Positions 40,880-51,628 of a stretch of 64,000 bases of DNA are shown here, in pieces (the stretch's first letter is position 1; each line of letters starts with the position of its first letter). Location: the NCBI GenBank assembly GCA_947452455.1, contig CANGBX010000011.1, forward strand, positions 2,188 to 66,187, read 5' to 3'. A program made the position numbers and the translations under genes. Source of the DNA: Beijerinckiaceae bacterium. Lineage in GTDB: Bacteria; Pseudomonadota; Alphaproteobacteria; Rhizobiales; Beijerinckiaceae. The notes under the pieces are model-generated. The model was not told where the DNA came from. It saw only the letters and a list, made by a program, of their open reading frames with translations, and ran no database searches.

Positions 40880-43336
40880 ATGCCGTCCTTCTCGCGCAAT
40901 CTTGAACAATCGCTTCACCGGGCTCTCGCGGTGGCCAATGAGCGCCACCATGAATATGCAACGCTCGAACATTTGCTGTTGAGCCTGCTCGACGATCAGG
41001 ATGCCGCTGCTGTGATGCGCGCCTGCTCTGTCGACACGGATGTGCTCAAAAAGAACCTCGTCGAATATATCGATCAGGAACTCGAAAACCTCGTCACCGA
41101 TGGTCATGAAGACGCCAAGCCCACAGCGGGGTTCCAGCGCGTCATCCAGCGTGCTGTCATCCATGTGCAATCATCCGGCCGCGAAGAAGTGACGGGTGCC
41201 AATGTGCTGGTGGCCATTTTCGCTGAACGTGAAAGCCATGCGGCTTACTTCCTGCAAGAGCAGGATATGACGCGCTATGACGCCGTGAATTACATCAGCC
41301 ATGGCATTGCCAAGCGCCCCGGCATGTCCGACCCCGCAAAGGCGCCGCGTGGCGCTGAAGATGAAAATGATCATCGCGACAATCGCGATACGCGCGAGAA
41401 TCCTTCAAGCGATGGCAAGAAGAAAGAAGGCGCGCTCGAAGCCTATTGCGTCAATCTGAACAAAAAAGCGAAGGACGGACGCATTGATCCGCTGATCGGT
41501 CGCGAGGCCGAAGTACAGCGCACGATCCAGGTGCTGTGCCGTCGCCAGAAAAACAACCCGCTGCTCGTGGGAGATCCCGGCGTTGGCAAGACGGCGATTG
41601 CCGAAGGTCTTGCGCGCAAGATCATCAAGGGCGAAGTGCCGGAAGTTTTGTCCAAGGCGACCGTCTTCTCGCTCGACATGGGCACGCTGCTGGCGGGCAC
41701 ACGTTATCGTGGTGACTTTGAAGAGCGCCTGAAGCAGGTGATGAAAGAAATCGAACAGCACCGCAATGCGATCCTGTTCATCGATGAAATTCACACCGTG
41801 ATCGGCGCTGGCGCGACATCTGGCGGCGCGATGGATGCGTCGAACCTGTTGAAGCCAGCCCTCGCGCAGGGCACGCTGCGTTGCATCGGTTCGACGACCT
41901 ATAAGGAATATCGCCAATATTTCGAAAAGGACCGCGCGCTGGTTCGTCGCTTCCAGAAGATCGATGTCAATGAACCCTCGATCCCGGATGCGATTGAAAT
42001 CATGAAGGGGCTGAAGCCCTATTTCGAGGAGTTCCACAAGCTCCGCTACACCAATGATGCGATCAAGGCCGCGGTGGAACTCTCAGCGCGCTATATCAAT
42101 GATCGCAAGCTGCCCGATAAGGCGATTGATGTGATCGACGAGACGGGCGCCTCGCAAATGCTTCTGCCGGAAAATCGCCGCAAGAAGACCATCGGCATCA
42201 AGGAGATTGAATCGACCATCGCGACGATGGCGCGTATTCCTCCCAAAACCGTATCGAAGGATGATGCGGAAGTGCTGCGCCATCTCGAAGAGACGCTGCG
42301 CCGCGTGGTCTATGGTCAGGATGCAGCCATTGGTGCTTTGTCATCGGCGATCAAACTGTCGCGCGCGGGTCTGCGCGATGCGGAAAAGCCGATCGGTTGC
42401 TATCTGTTCTCCGGACCCACGGGTGTCGGCAAGACGGAAGTGGCCCGCCAGCTTGCTGCGACCTTGGGCGTTCAGCTGACCCGTTTCGACATGTCCGAAT
42501 ATATGGAACGCCATACGGTGAGCCGTCTGCTTGGCGCACCTCCCGGCTATGTCGGCTTCGATCAGGGTGGTTTGTTGACCGATGCGATCGATCAGCATCC
42601 CCATTGCGTGCTGCTGCTCGATGAAATCGAAAAGGCGCATCCAGATCTCTACAACATTCTGTTGCAGATCATGGATCACGGCAAACTCACCGATCACAAC
42701 GGCAAGCAGATCGATTTCCGCAATGTCATTTTGATCATGACGACCAATGCGGGTGCGGCTGACATGGCTAAGTCTGCCTTCGGCTTCCATCGTGCGAAGC
42801 GTGAAGGTGATGATGTCGAGGCGATCAACCGTCTCTTCGCGCCGGAATTCCGCAATCGTCTTGACGCGATTGTGCCCTTCGGTCACCTGCCGGCGGAAGT
42901 CATCTCGCAGGTTGTCGACAAATTCATCATGCAGCTCGAAGCGCAGCTTGCTGATCGCAATGTGTCAATCGAGCTCACCGATGAAGCGCGCAAATGGCTG
43001 GTCGAGCATGGCTATGACGAGGCTATGGGTGCACGCCCGATGTCGCGCGTCATCCAGCAGCACATCAAGACGCCGCTGGCTGATGAAGTGCTCTTTGGTC
43101 GCTTGAAGAATGGCGGCACAGTGCGCGTTGTGGTCAAGGGTGATGATGACGGCACACGGACGCTGGGCTTTGTCTATCCCGAAGGTCCAATCCTGCCGCG
43201 TCCGGAACGCGACATTGTGGAAGCCGGCAAGAAGCGCGTGCGTGCAGAACCGGAAGTCCGCGCCAAGGCCAAAAAGAAGTCACCGCCGAAAAGTGGTGGC
43301 ACGCCGATGGTGCCCAAAGTGCCGCTGAAGAATTAA
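40880..43336 (+). CDS. clpA: ATP-dependent Clp protease ATPase subunit ClpA
   Basis: GDPGVGKT and GPTGVGKT Walker A motifs, FDMSEY, follows clpS. Confidence 0.98.
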   Translation: MPSFSRNLEQSLHRALAVANERHHEYATLEHLLLSLLDDQDAAAVMRACSVDTDVLKKNLVEYIDQELENLVTDGHEDAKPTAGFQRVIQRAVIHVQSSGREEVTGANVLVAIFAERESHAAYFLQEQDMTRYDAVNYISHGIAKRPGMSDPAKAPRGAEDENDHRDNRDTRENPSSDGKKKEGALEAYCVNLNKKAKDGRIDPLIGREAEVQRTIQVLCRRQKNNPLLVGDPGVGKTAIAEGLARKIIKGEVPEVLSKATVFSLDMGTLLAGTRYRGDFEERLKQVMKEIEQHRNAILFIDEIHTVIGAGATSGGAMDASNLLKPALAQGTLRCIGSTTYKEYRQYFEKDRALVRRFQKIDVNEPSIPDAIEIMKGLKPYFEEFHKLRYTNDAIKAAVELSARYINDRKLPDKAIDVIDETGASQMLLPENRRKKTIGIKEIESTIATMARIPPKTVSKDDAEVLRHLEETLRRVVYGQDAAIGALSSAIKLSRAGLRDAEKPIGCYLFSGPTGVGKTEVARQLAATLGVQLTRFDMSEYMERHTVSRLLGAPPGYVGFDQGGLLTDAIDQHPHCVLLLDEIEKAHPDLYNILLQIMDHGKLTDHNGKQIDFRNVILIMTTNAGAADMAKSAFGFHRAKREGDDVEAINRLFAPEFRNRLDAIVPFGHLPAEVISQVVDKFIMQLEAQLADRNVSIELTDEARKWLVEHGYDEAMGARPMSRVIQQHIKTPLADEVLFGRLKNGGTVRVVVKGDDDGTRTLGFVYPEGPILPRPERDIVEAGKKRVRAEPEVRAKAKKKSPPKSGGTPMVPKVPLKN

Positions 43337-43339
43337 ACG

Positions 43340-43368
43340 AAAAGGCCGGATGAAAATCCGGCCTTTTT
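43340..43368 (+). terminator. Intrinsic terminator after clpA (possibly bidirectional)
   Basis: aaaaggccggat-gaaa-atccggccttttt. Confidence 0.85.
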
Positions 43369-43384
43369 CTTTTGGTCTTTCAAC

Positions 43385-43464
43385 CGTTATTGCGAGCGTC
43401 AGCGAAGCAATCCAGCGGCTGCACATTGGGCCTTCTGGGTTGCTTCGCTTCGCTCGCAATGACG
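43385..43464. repeat. CGTC-type REP-like palindrome, copy 7
   Basis: cgttattgcgagcgtcagcgaagcaatcca...tgggttgcttcgcttcgctcgcaatgacg. Confidence 0.88.
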
Positions 43465-43465
43465 A

Positions 43466-43882
43466 TCAAAGCGCGGCTTTGATTTTTTCCGCATGGGTCT
43501 GCAACAGCGCGCTATCGGCCATCGCGCCTGAATGTTTGCGCAAAGTCACACCTTCCCAACGCGGGATCACATGGACATGCAGGTGAAAAACCGTCTGTCC
43601 GGCGGCGGCTTCATTGAATTGCGTGATCACCACGCCATCCGCACCCATGCCCTGTTTTACCGCGCGCGCAATTTTTTGGACCGTTGCGAAGAGCGGACCG
43701 AAAGTGGCGGTATCGGCATCAAGCAGATTGACGGACGGGTTTTTTGGCACAATCAGCGTATGCCCATCGGCTTGCGGCATGATGTCCATGAAAGCGATGG
43801 TGTGCTCGTCTTCATAGACCTTTGTGCAGGGAATTTCGCCGCGCAGGATTTTGGCAAAAATATTGTTGGTGTCATAGGTCAT
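43466..43882 (-). CDS. HIT family hydrolase
   Basis: NIFAKILRGEIP, GHTLIVPK, QTVFHLHVHVIPR. Confidence 0.95.
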   Translation of the reverse strand: MTYDTNNIFAKILRGEIPCTKVYEDEHTIAFMDIMPQADGHTLIVPKNPSVNLLDADTATFGPLFATVQKIARAVKQGMGADGVVITQFNEAAAGQTVFHLHVHVIPRWEGVTLRKHSGAMADSALLQTHAEKIKAAL

Positions 43883-43904
43883 CACTCTCTCCATATTCAA
43901 GGAC

Positions 43905-43991
43905 CGTCCTTGCGAGCGTAGCGAAGCAATCCAGGGGCCTCACGTGTGGCTTATGGAATGGCCACGTCGCCTGCCGCTCATCGCAATGACG
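43905..43991. repeat. CGTC-type REP-like palindrome, copy 8
   Basis: cgtccttgcgagcgtagcgaagcaatcca-ggggcctcacgtgtggc...tcgcaatgacg. Confidence 0.85.
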
Positions 43992-43996
43992 GTGTG

Positions 43997-45229
43997 TTAG
44001 CTTTTCTTGAAGGGGACATGTTCTCCGTAAATCTCTATCTCGGCTTCCACATGAGCGCGTTCGCGCCGCAGGAAATCCTCCACGGCTGACGAGAGCCGCG
44101 CGTCGGCAAATTCATGCACCGAGAATGTCTCGACCGGTTCATAGCCGCGTGCAAGTTTGTGTTCACCCTGTGCGCCAGCCTCGACCCGCAGCATGTTGCG
44201 CGACAGCGCAAAGTCGATGGCGCGGTAATAGCACAGCTCGAAATGCAAAAAGGGATGCTCTTCGATACAGCCCCAATTGCGCCCATACAGCGCGTCGTCG
44301 CCGATGAAATTGATAGCGCCTGCAATCCAGCGCCCCGCGCGTTTGGTCATGACCAGCAGAATACGCTCGGACATTGTGCGCCCGACTTCTGTGAAGAAGG
44401 CGCGTGTCAGATAGGGCCGTCCCCATTTGCGCGAGCCTGTGTCCATATAGAAGGCGAAGAAAGCATCCCAATGTTCATCGGAGATGGCGTCGCCTGTGAG
44501 CATGTGAACTTCAAGGCCCGCTGCGAGCGCTTGTTCGCGTTCTTTGCGGATGTTCTTGCGTTTGCGGGAGGCAAGCGCTGCGAGAAAAGCTTCGAAATCA
44601 GCATAGCCACGATTGAGAAAATGGAATTGCTTGCCCGAGCGTTTGAGCCATCCGTTCGCACCAAGCACATCATAATCTTCTTGAGTGGGGAAAGTGACGT
44701 GGCTTGAGGATGCGCCAGCCTGCGCGCGCAAGGCTTGAAGACCGGCGATCAAAGTTGTGCGGGCCTCATTGGCGCGCGGTGTATCAGCCACCAGCAAGCG
44801 ACGCCCGGTGGCGGGCGTAAACGGCACGCAAACTTGCAGCTTTGGATAATAATCTCCGCCCGCCCGCTCATAAGCATCAGCCCAAGTCTGGTCGAAAACA
44901 TATTCGCCCATGGAATGGGATTTGAGATAGGCGGGCGCGCAGGCGAGAAGCTGTCCGTCTCCATCTTCGATCAGAAGATGGCTGGCAGCCCAGCCTTGTT
45001 TGGCGACAGCAGAACGTGAGCGCTCAAGGGCCAGCAAGAAACGATGCGAGAGAAAAGGATTGTAGCTTTCTTGAAAGCGCAAGCGATCTATATCGCTTGG
45101 CAGGTCTGCACTCTTGGCGCGTAAATCCCCCGCTGGATTTTGCGGATTGGCGCAAGCATCCCATTTTTCTGGCGCAATCTCTTCGATGGCGCGGATGGTG
45201 CGCAAATTCAGATCATTCGCTCCCATCAA
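43997..45229 (-). CDS. DUF482 / FemAB-like GNAT-fold acyltransferase
   Basis: YLKSHSMGEYVFD..WADAY...YYPKL...PFTPATG, ASRKRKNIRKER, LYGRNWG, EAGAQGEHKLARG. Confidence 0.9.
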   Translation of the reverse strand: MMGANDLNLRTIRAIEEIAPEKWDACANPQNPAGDLRAKSADLPSDIDRLRFQESYNPFLSHRFLLALERSRSAVAKQGWAASHLLIEDGDGQLLACAPAYLKSHSMGEYVFDQTWADAYERAGGDYYPKLQVCVPFTPATGRRLLVADTPRANEARTTLIAGLQALRAQAGASSSHVTFPTQEDYDVLGANGWLKRSGKQFHFLNRGYADFEAFLAALASRKRKNIRKEREQALAAGLEVHMLTGDAISDEHWDAFFAFYMDTGSRKWGRPYLTRAFFTEVGRTMSERILLVMTKRAGRWIAGAINFIGDDALYGRNWGCIEEHPFLHFELCYYRAIDFALSRNMLRVEAGAQGEHKLARGYEPVETFSVHEFADARLSSAVEDFLRRERAHVEAEIEIYGEHVPFKKS

Positions 45230-46386
45230 TGCAATTCTCCGCTCTGGCGCGCGAAGAGATAGGCCGCCCCCAAACCAACCACGCCCAGCAAGAGACTATG
45301 CAAAATGATGATGGGTGTCAGGCCCAGATGATGCATGCCCAATCCAAAAACCACAGGGCCGATAGCCTGGCCCATGAAGAAGCAAAAAGCATGCGCCGAA
45401 AAAGCCGCGGAGCGGGCATCTGGCGCAAGTGAAGAGACTTCCGTCTGGATTGTATTGTGCAACATGCCAAAGCCGAAGCCCAGAAGCGTGATGAGCGCAA
45501 AAAAGGCTGGCCAGACCGGCACGAAGATGCAGGCGATCTGCCCCAAAGCGCCTAGCCCGCCACCCCAAGCCATCAGGCCCGTGCGATTCAAATAGCGCAT
45601 GAGAAAGGCGAGAATGAATGAATAGAGAATTCCGCCGACACCAATGCCCGCGATAATCATGCCGGCTTCTTTGGGCCCGCCGAGCTGATGGCTTTCAAGA
45701 ATTTCGGCGACATAGGGCAAGATGCCAAACACCGCGATGGCTTCCAAAAAGACAGCGCCATAGCAGAGCAGGCTTTTCGGATTGCGGAAAATGACAGGAT
45801 AACTCTGATAGGCCTGCAAAAGATTGGCGCGCGGCGCATCGGGCTTTTTGGGCTCGGTGAGTTTGAAGGCCGCGCCCAGCGCTGCAATGCCGGTGACGCA
45901 GGCGCCTACATAAAAGAACGAGCGCCAATTGATGATTTCAGCAAACAGTCCGGCCAGTGACGAGGCGCAGATTTGTCCCACAAGCGCGGCGGCAACAAAG
46001 CGGGCGATGGCGAGCTGTCGCTGATCGGGCGGGAATTTATCGCCGACCAATGCCAGCGCCACCGGAATGGTTCCGCCTGCCGCCAATCCACCGATGAAGC
46101 GCAAGCCGATGAGCATGTCGAAGCTGGTGACAAAGGGCAGGGCAAGCAAAGTCACAGTGAGAATGGAAAGACATATGGCCAGCAAGCGCCCTTTGCCGAA
46201 GGCATCTCCTATGGGGCCCAGCACAGGCTGGCCCAGCGCATAGGGCAAAGCATAAGCAGACGAGACAAGTGCAGCAGTTGCCACAGGCACGGAAAATTCA
46301 CGCGCCAGCACTGTGACGAGCGGATCAACAGAGCGGTAGGCAATAGCGCTGGCAATGCCGCAGAGTGAAATGAAAAAGAGAAGCAT
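45226..46386 (-). CDS. MFS transporter
   Basis: About 12 TM segments; GPIGDAFGKGR motif A. Confidence 0.9.
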   Translation of the reverse strand: MLLFFISLCGIASAIAYRSVDPLVTVLAREFSVPVATAALVSSAYALPYALGQPVLGPIGDAFGKGRLLAICLSILTVTLLALPFVTSFDMLIGLRFIGGLAAGGTIPVALALVGDKFPPDQRQLAIARFVAAALVGQICASSLAGLFAEIINWRSFFYVGACVTGIAALGAAFKLTEPKKPDAPRANLLQAYQSYPVIFRNPKSLLCYGAVFLEAIAVFGILPYVAEILESHQLGGPKEAGMIIAGIGVGGILYSFILAFLMRYLNRTGLMAWGGGLGALGQIACIFVPVWPAFFALITLLGFGFGMLHNTIQTEVSSLAPDARSAAFSAHAFCFFMGQAIGPVVFGLGMHHLGLTPIIILHSLLLGVVGLGAAYLFARQSGELH

Positions 46387-46853
46387 CAGGCGAGTTCAAA
46401 CCAAGCTTCGATTTCAACAGCGCTATCGAGCGGCAGAACGGCGACGCCCACGGCTGCGCGTGCATGGCGACCATTCTCGCCAAAGACATCGACCATGAGA
46501 TCGGAGGCCCCATTCACGACAGGTGCAATGGCGGTGAAATCGGGCGCGGCATTGACGAAAGCGCCTAGCTTCAGCACGCGGGAAATCGCATCAAGAGAGC
46601 CTGTCGCCGCGCGTGCCTGGGCGATGAGATTGATGGCGCAGAGGCGCGCGGCAGCGCGTCCGGCTTCAGGCGACACTTGGGCGCCAAGCTTGCCGCAATG
46701 CTCCGGCGCCAGCTTGCCATCTGCCCCGAATGCGAGCTGGCCCGAGATGATGAGCATCTTTCCCGAAATCGTGAAGGGCACGTAATTGGCCAGTGCCGCC
46801 GCCGGGGGAGGCAGAAGAAGACCCAATTCCTTTAGGCGCATCTCGGCGCTCAT
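46386..46853 (-). CDS. RidA/YjgF family protein
   Basis: LANYVP, ISGQL, NGASDLMVDVFGE.GRHARAAVG...LP.DSAVEIE. Confidence 0.92.
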   Translation of the reverse strand: MSAEMRLKELGLLLPPPAAALANYVPFTISGKMLIISGQLAFGADGKLAPEHCGKLGAQVSPEAGRAAARLCAINLIAQARAATGSLDAISRVLKLGAFVNAAPDFTAIAPVVNGASDLMVDVFGENGRHARAAVGVAVLPLDSAVEIEAWFELA

Positions 46854-46984
46854 GCCATTCTCCTCATTTAGTTTTGCTCAGGCCCTTTGCGGGCGGCTCA
46901 ACAGACCCTATTTCTGAAGCATCGGGCGCTTTTTAAAAAGAGCATCCCCTGCATAACAGCTTTTCGTCAAACGGGACGGCAGAA

Positions 46985-47800
46985 ATGAAATTGATGAATG
47001 TTTGCCTTCTCGTTGCCGCGCTTCTCGTGGGGGTCGCTCCCGCGCTGGCGGCAGAGGCGCCCTTTATCCCCCATCGTGCGATTTACGATCTGACTTTGGA
47101 GAAAAGCACGGGCACATCGGCGCCGGCGTCCGCGCGTGGCCGCATTGCTTTTGATTTTTCAGGTTCTGCTTGCGAAGGCTTTGTCACCACTTTTAGGCAG
47201 GTGACCGAATTGCAGCCCTCGGAAGGCGAAACCCGTACCTCTGACATGCGCTCGACCACCTTTGAGGACGGACGCTCCAAAATGCTGCGCTTCAAGATCG
47301 AGACATTGGTCAATGGCCGCTTGGCCGAGACCATCGATGGGACTGCGCAAAAGGCCGATGATGGTGAGGCCTTGTCGATTGATCTGCGCGCGCCCAAACC
47401 CTCAAAACATGATTTTGGTGTGAACCCGCTTTTTCCCACCGAACAGGCGCGCACGTTGATTGCGGCGGCCAAAGCGGGCAAGCGCACGTTTGAGGCGAAA
47501 GTTTTCGACGGCTCAGATACCGGCGAAAAGATTTACGACACGCTGACGGTGATTGGTGCGCAGGCCGACAAGCTGCCGGAAGATCCTGCTTTGCGCGATG
47601 CGCTCAAAACGATGCCGCGCTGGCCCGTGGTTGTCAGTTATTTTGATCCGGGCAAAGCCGATGCTGCGCCAAGCTATGTGCTGGGCTTTGATCTTTATGA
47701 AAACGGCGTGTCGGGAAATCTGCGGCTTGATTACGGTGATTTTGTTCTGGGCGGCAGGGTCAGCAAATATGAACCGCTTCCGCTAAAAGAGTGCAAATAA
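46985..47800 (+). CDS. eipB: Cell envelope integrity protein EipB (DUF1849)
   Basis: Signal peptide; PHRAIYDL, GSACEG, FDGSDTGEK, LYENGVS..L.LDYGDF; C-terminal Cys. Confidence 0.8.
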   Translation: MKLMNVCLLVAALLVGVAPALAAEAPFIPHRAIYDLTLEKSTGTSAPASARGRIAFDFSGSACEGFVTTFRQVTELQPSEGETRTSDMRSTTFEDGRSKMLRFKIETLVNGRLAETIDGTAQKADDGEALSIDLRAPKPSKHDFGVNPLFPTEQARTLIAAAKAGKRTFEAKVFDGSDTGEKIYDTLTVIGAQADKLPEDPALRDALKTMPRWPVVVSYFDPGKADAAPSYVLGFDLYENGVSGNLRLDYGDFVLGGRVSKYEPLPLKECK

Positions 47801-47813
47801 AACTTTATTGCAC

Positions 47814-47942
47814 AGATGCGTAGACCCCCACCCCTAACCCCTCCCCACAAGGGGGAGGGGGATTTGGTTGCGCGCGCACTTCAACCCTCCCCCCTTGTGG
47901 GGAGGGTGGTTGCGTAGCAACCGGGTGGGGGTCTGCGCATCT
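47814..47942. repeat. 129-bp MITE-like element with ~20-bp terminal inverted repeats and two internal hairpins
   Basis: agatgcgtagacccccaccc ... gggtgggggtctgcgcatct; internal ctccccacaagggggag and ctccccccttgtggggag. Confidence 0.8.
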
Positions 47943-47984
47943 TTTTAATTTAGTAGCGAAATTATTTGCAATGAGGGCTGCCGC

Positions 47985-49262
47985 TCACTCATCCTCAAAG
48001 GCGATGCCGCGCACGACGGCATCGCCGCCGAATTTCTTCCGCAATGAATCAACCGCCGCTTCGCGGGCTTTGTCGCGTGTGGTGCGTGTGTCAGCCAGAT
48101 CACCGTGATCGGCTTCTGAAGCTTCAGTCAGCGCACTTACCCCCACGCCGATCAGACGGAAGGGCGTGCCATCAGCTTCTTTTTCCAGACACTCACGTGC
48201 CGCATTGAAAATGCGTGTGGCGAGTTGGGTTGGCTCATTGAGTGTGCGTGCGCGTGTGCGCGATTTGAAGTCTTTGGTTTTCAATTTGAGGGTGATGGTG
48301 GAGCCTGCCAATTCAGACTCTTTCAAACGGTCCGAGACTTTCTCGCTCATGCGCCAGAGTTCGCGCGCCAAGGTCTCGACATCAGCAATATCGCCGTTAA
48401 AAGTCGTCTCGTTGGAGACGCTCTTTGTCTCTCGTTCTGAGGAAACATCGCGCGTATCAATGCCACGCGCGAGGCGGGCCAGACGCTGGCCTTCCATGCC
48501 ATAGCGGCGCATCAAATCTGTCTCGTCGGCGCGCTGCAAATCGCCGATCAGGCGATAGCCGTCGGCCTCGAGCTTTTCGCGCATGACTTTGCCAACACCC
48601 CAGATCATCCCCACAGGCTTGTCGCGCAGGAAATCGAGGGCTTCGGCTTTGCCGATCACGGCAAAGCCGCGCGGCTTGTCCAGATCCGAGGCGATCTTTG
48701 CCAGAAATTTGCAATAGGACAGGCCGACGGAAACAGTGATGCCGATATTCTTTTCGACATCGCGCGCAAAAATCGCCAGCACGCGATCAAGGCTCATGCC
48801 ATGCAGGCGTTGCGTGCCTGTGAGATCAAGAAAAGCTTCATCAATGGAGAGCGGCTCAACAAGGGGCGTCAGCGCGCGCATCATCTCGCGCACTTGCCCG
48901 CCCACATGCGCATATTTCTCCATGTCGGGACGCACGACCACGGCATCGGGGCAGGCTTCCAACGCCTTATACATGGGCATGGCGGAGCGCACACCAAAGG
49001 TGCGCGCAATATAGCAACAGGTCGCGACAACGCCGCGCTGGCCGCCGCCCACAATCACAGCCTTATCGCGCAGGCTCGGATTGTCGCGTTTTTCGACCGC
49101 CGCATAAAAAGCATCGCAATCAATATGCGCAATGGAGAGCGTCTGTCGTTCGGCATGGGTGATGAGGCGTGGTGAGCCGCAAGCGGCACAGCGCATCGGA
49201 CGCCCGGCGGGGGCAGCCTCGCTCAGACAATCCCTGCACAGCGCGCTCAGAGGCTCTGCCAT
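47985..49262 (-). CDS. dinB: DNA polymerase IV with N-terminal Cys4 motif
   Basis: [31 protein letters not shown]. Confidence 0.96.
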   Translation of the reverse strand: MAEPLSALCRDCLSEAAPAGRPMRCAACGSPRLITHAERQTLSIAHIDCDAFYAAVEKRDNPSLRDKAVIVGGGQRGVVATCCYIARTFGVRSAMPMYKALEACPDAVVVRPDMEKYAHVGGQVREMMRALTPLVEPLSIDEAFLDLTGTQRLHGMSLDRVLAIFARDVEKNIGITVSVGLSYCKFLAKIASDLDKPRGFAVIGKAEALDFLRDKPVGMIWGVGKVMREKLEADGYRLIGDLQRADETDLMRRYGMEGQRLARLARGIDTRDVSSERETKSVSNETTFNGDIADVETLARELWRMSEKVSDRLKESELAGSTITLKLKTKDFKSRTRARTLNEPTQLATRIFNAARECLEKEADGTPFRLIGVGVSALTEASEADHGDLADTRTTRDKAREAAVDSLRKKFGGDAVVRGIAFEDE

Positions 49263-49615
49263 TCGGCCGGGCCTGAGAGGGTGACGGCTGCCCCAGAGAT
49301 GACGTCGGGCGCCAGATTTGTTTCTGCGGCAAAGACCAGCAGGCTTTCTTCATCCGCGCACAGATGCTCCAGCACAGCCCCCAAAAAACCTGCCTGCTGG
49401 GCTGCCTCGCGGATGGCGCCATGGTCGATGCCGGTGAGGGAGAGGAATTTATCGAGCCGTTCGGGGTCGGCTGCCAGCCACGACAGGCCCAGAACGGCGA
49501 TCTCGCCCGCTTTTTCGGGGCTCACGCGCGCAGGTTGGGGTCGCTGACGGGTTGGGATTTCGCCCTTGTTGCGGGGTTCTGGCTTGGGATGGGGGCGAAA
49601 AGGACGCTCGGTCAT
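49247..49615 (-). CDS. DUF3572 family protein
   Basis: [19 protein letters not shown]...[12 protein letters not shown]; usual position divergent from divK. Confidence 0.83.
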   Translation of the reverse strand: MTERPFRPHPKPEPRNKGEIPTRQRPQPARVSPEKAGEIAVLGLSWLAADPERLDKFLSLTGIDHGAIREAAQQAGFLGAVLEHLCADEESLLVFAAETNLAPDVISGAAVTLSGPAEWQSL

Positions 49616-49736
49616 GCGGGGCTCTGTGGAAAAACCAAAGTCGGTTATCTTTGCCGGGCAGGATTCTCAATTCGGCAAGGTTTAAGCCTGTAAATTCTAT
49701 CATGCCCCAATGGCTGTGGCACGGGTCGCGCAAAAC

Positions 49737-50108
49737 ATGTCCAAAAAAGTTCTGATCGTCGAAGACAATGAGCTGAATATGAAGCTCTTCAACGATCTTC
49801 TGGAAGCTCATGGCTATCAGACGGTCCAGACACGCTCGGGGCTTGAGGCGACTGATCTCGCGCGTACCCATATGCCCGATCTTATTCTGATGGACATCCA
49901 ATTGCCGGAAGTCTCGGGGCTTCAGGTCACGCAATGGATCAAGGAAGATCCAACGCTGAAACATATTCCCGTCATTGCCATCACGGCTTTCGCGATGAAG
50001 GGCGATGAAGAGAAAATCCGGCAGGGCGGTTGTGAGGCCTATCTGTCAAAGCCCATTTCAGTCGTGAAATTTCTTGAGACGGTTAAAAATTATATTGGAG
50101 ACAAATAG
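49737..50108 (+). CDS. divK: Single-domain cell-cycle response regulator DivK
   Basis: [54 protein letters not shown]. Confidence 0.95.
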   Translation: MSKKVLIVEDNELNMKLFNDLLEAHGYQTVQTRSGLEATDLARTHMPDLILMDIQLPEVSGLQVTQWIKEDPTLKHIPVIAITAFAMKGDEEKIRQGGCEAYLSKPISVVKFLETVKNYIGDK

Positions 50109-50119
50109 GGGATGTCCCC

Positions 50120-51466
50120 ATGCCAGCGCGCATATTGATTGTTGATGATCATTTTCAAAATATCAAATTTCTCGAAGCCCGCCTCTCCGCCGAATATTAC
50201 CAAGTGCTCTCCGCCGCCAGCGGTGCTGAGGCTATAGAGATTGCCACACGTGGTGTGTGCGACATGATCCTGCTGGATGTGATGATGCCGGGACTCGACG
50301 GTTTTGAAACCTGTCGGCGGTTGAAGAGCGAGCCTGCCACAGCGCATCTGCCTATCGTCATGGTGACGGCGCTAGATGGGCCACAGGATCGATTGCGCGG
50401 CCTTGAGGCAGGCGCGGATGATTTCCTCACCAAGCCGATCGATGATCTGGTTTTGATTGCACGTCTGCGCGCTTTGAGCCGCCTCAAATCATCTTTCGAT
50501 GAATTGCAGGCACGTGCCAAAGAAGCAGGAATTGCAGGGGTTTTTGCAAAGCCAGCGCAAAGCGGATCGGTGCCGCGTCTTTTACTTGTGGATGATGATC
50601 TGGCAGCAGCAGAGCGTCTCGGTGAGGGCCTGTCCGATGAGTTTTCGCTGCGCCATGTGCCTGATGCACAAGTAGCACTTTTCGAGGCGGCAGAATTTGG
50701 CTGTGATCTGGCGATCATCAATCTGGCTTTGAAAAATGCCGATGCGCTGCGCCTATGCGCGCAATTGCGCGCGCTTGAGCGCACGCGTGAACTCCCGATC
50801 GTGTTGGTCGCCGAGGCAGACGAGCGCGAGCGCGTCTTGCGTGCGCTTGATCTCGGGGTGAATGATTTTGTGCAGCGGCCCTTTGCCATCCATGAATTGA
50901 AAAGCCGCTTGCTCACCCATTTACGCCGCAGGGCGATGGTCGAGGGGTTTCGGGACAATCTGCGCGCCTCGCTCGAATGGGCCCACATGGATCCGCTTAC
51001 AGGCTTGCGCAATCGCCGCTTTCTGGATGGCGCCTTGCAAGAGCATCTCACCCTGGGCACGCCCTTCACGCTGATGATCCTCGACATTGATCATTTCAAA
51101 CGCGTCAATGATCAGCATGGGCATGATGCGGGTGATGATGTCTTGCGCATTGTGGCGCAGCGATTGCGCGGGGCTTTGCGCGAGGATGATGTGATCTGTC
51201 GTCTGGGTGGCGAAGAATTTGCCGTCGTGATGCCCGGCGCTGATCTGGGCAGTGCCGGGGTGATTGCGGAGCGCGCACGGATGGCTGTTTCCAGTGAACC
51301 TGTCGCGCTGTCCTCATTGGCCATCAGTCTGCCGCTCACCGTCTCTGCGGGGCTGGCGGTAGCCGCAAACGGCCTTGGCCCCCGCGACCTTTATCGGCTG
51401 GCAGATGCCGCCCTCTATCGTTCCAAGGCTGCGGGCCGCAACCGGATTACACCCCATGCTGCCTGA
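50120..51466 (+). CDS. pleD: PleD-family diguanylate cyclase (REC-REC-GGDEF)
   Basis: LLDVMMPG phospho-acceptor; REDD I-site; GGEEF; follows divK. Confidence 0.93.
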   Translation: MPARILIVDDHFQNIKFLEARLSAEYYQVLSAASGAEAIEIATRGVCDMILLDVMMPGLDGFETCRRLKSEPATAHLPIVMVTALDGPQDRLRGLEAGADDFLTKPIDDLVLIARLRALSRLKSSFDELQARAKEAGIAGVFAKPAQSGSVPRLLLVDDDLAAAERLGEGLSDEFSLRHVPDAQVALFEAAEFGCDLAIINLALKNADALRLCAQLRALERTRELPIVLVAEADERERVLRALDLGVNDFVQRPFAIHELKSRLLTHLRRRAMVEGFRDNLRASLEWAHMDPLTGLRNRRFLDGALQEHLTLGTPFTLMILDIDHFKRVNDQHGHDAGDDVLRIVAQRLRGALREDDVICRLGGEEFAVVMPGADLGSAGVIAERARMAVSSEPVALSSLAISLPLTVSAGLAVAANGLGPRDLYRLADAALYRSKAAGRNRITPHAA

Positions 51467-51594
51467 AGGGGGCTTTGCCGTAATTTTGGCGTCTTGCCAC
51501 GGCTTTATGGGCGATAGAGACAGATTCGCGGGCAAATTAACGCAAAGCATTTAGGTAAACGCGAGGGATAAGTCCCCGCGGGGCCCGGTTTGCA

Positions 51595-51622
51595 TTGCAA
51601 TTCGGCACGGGGCCTGTACCCT
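51595..51622 (+). promoter_or_regulatory. Putative sigma70 promoter for the intergenic sRNA
   Basis: TTGCAA-16 nt-TACCCT just upstream of the structured RNA. Confidence 0.35.
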
Positions 51623-51628
51623 TTTTCT

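Noticed and set aside
13724-43991. Repeats as a CRISPR array
   Set aside because: The copies are dispersed over 30 kb, are long palindromes without regular unique spacers, and there are no cas genes.
49671-49685. CtrA box upstream of divK
   Set aside because: Only TTCG-N7-TTAA (two mismatches) is present, which is too weak to call from sequence alone.
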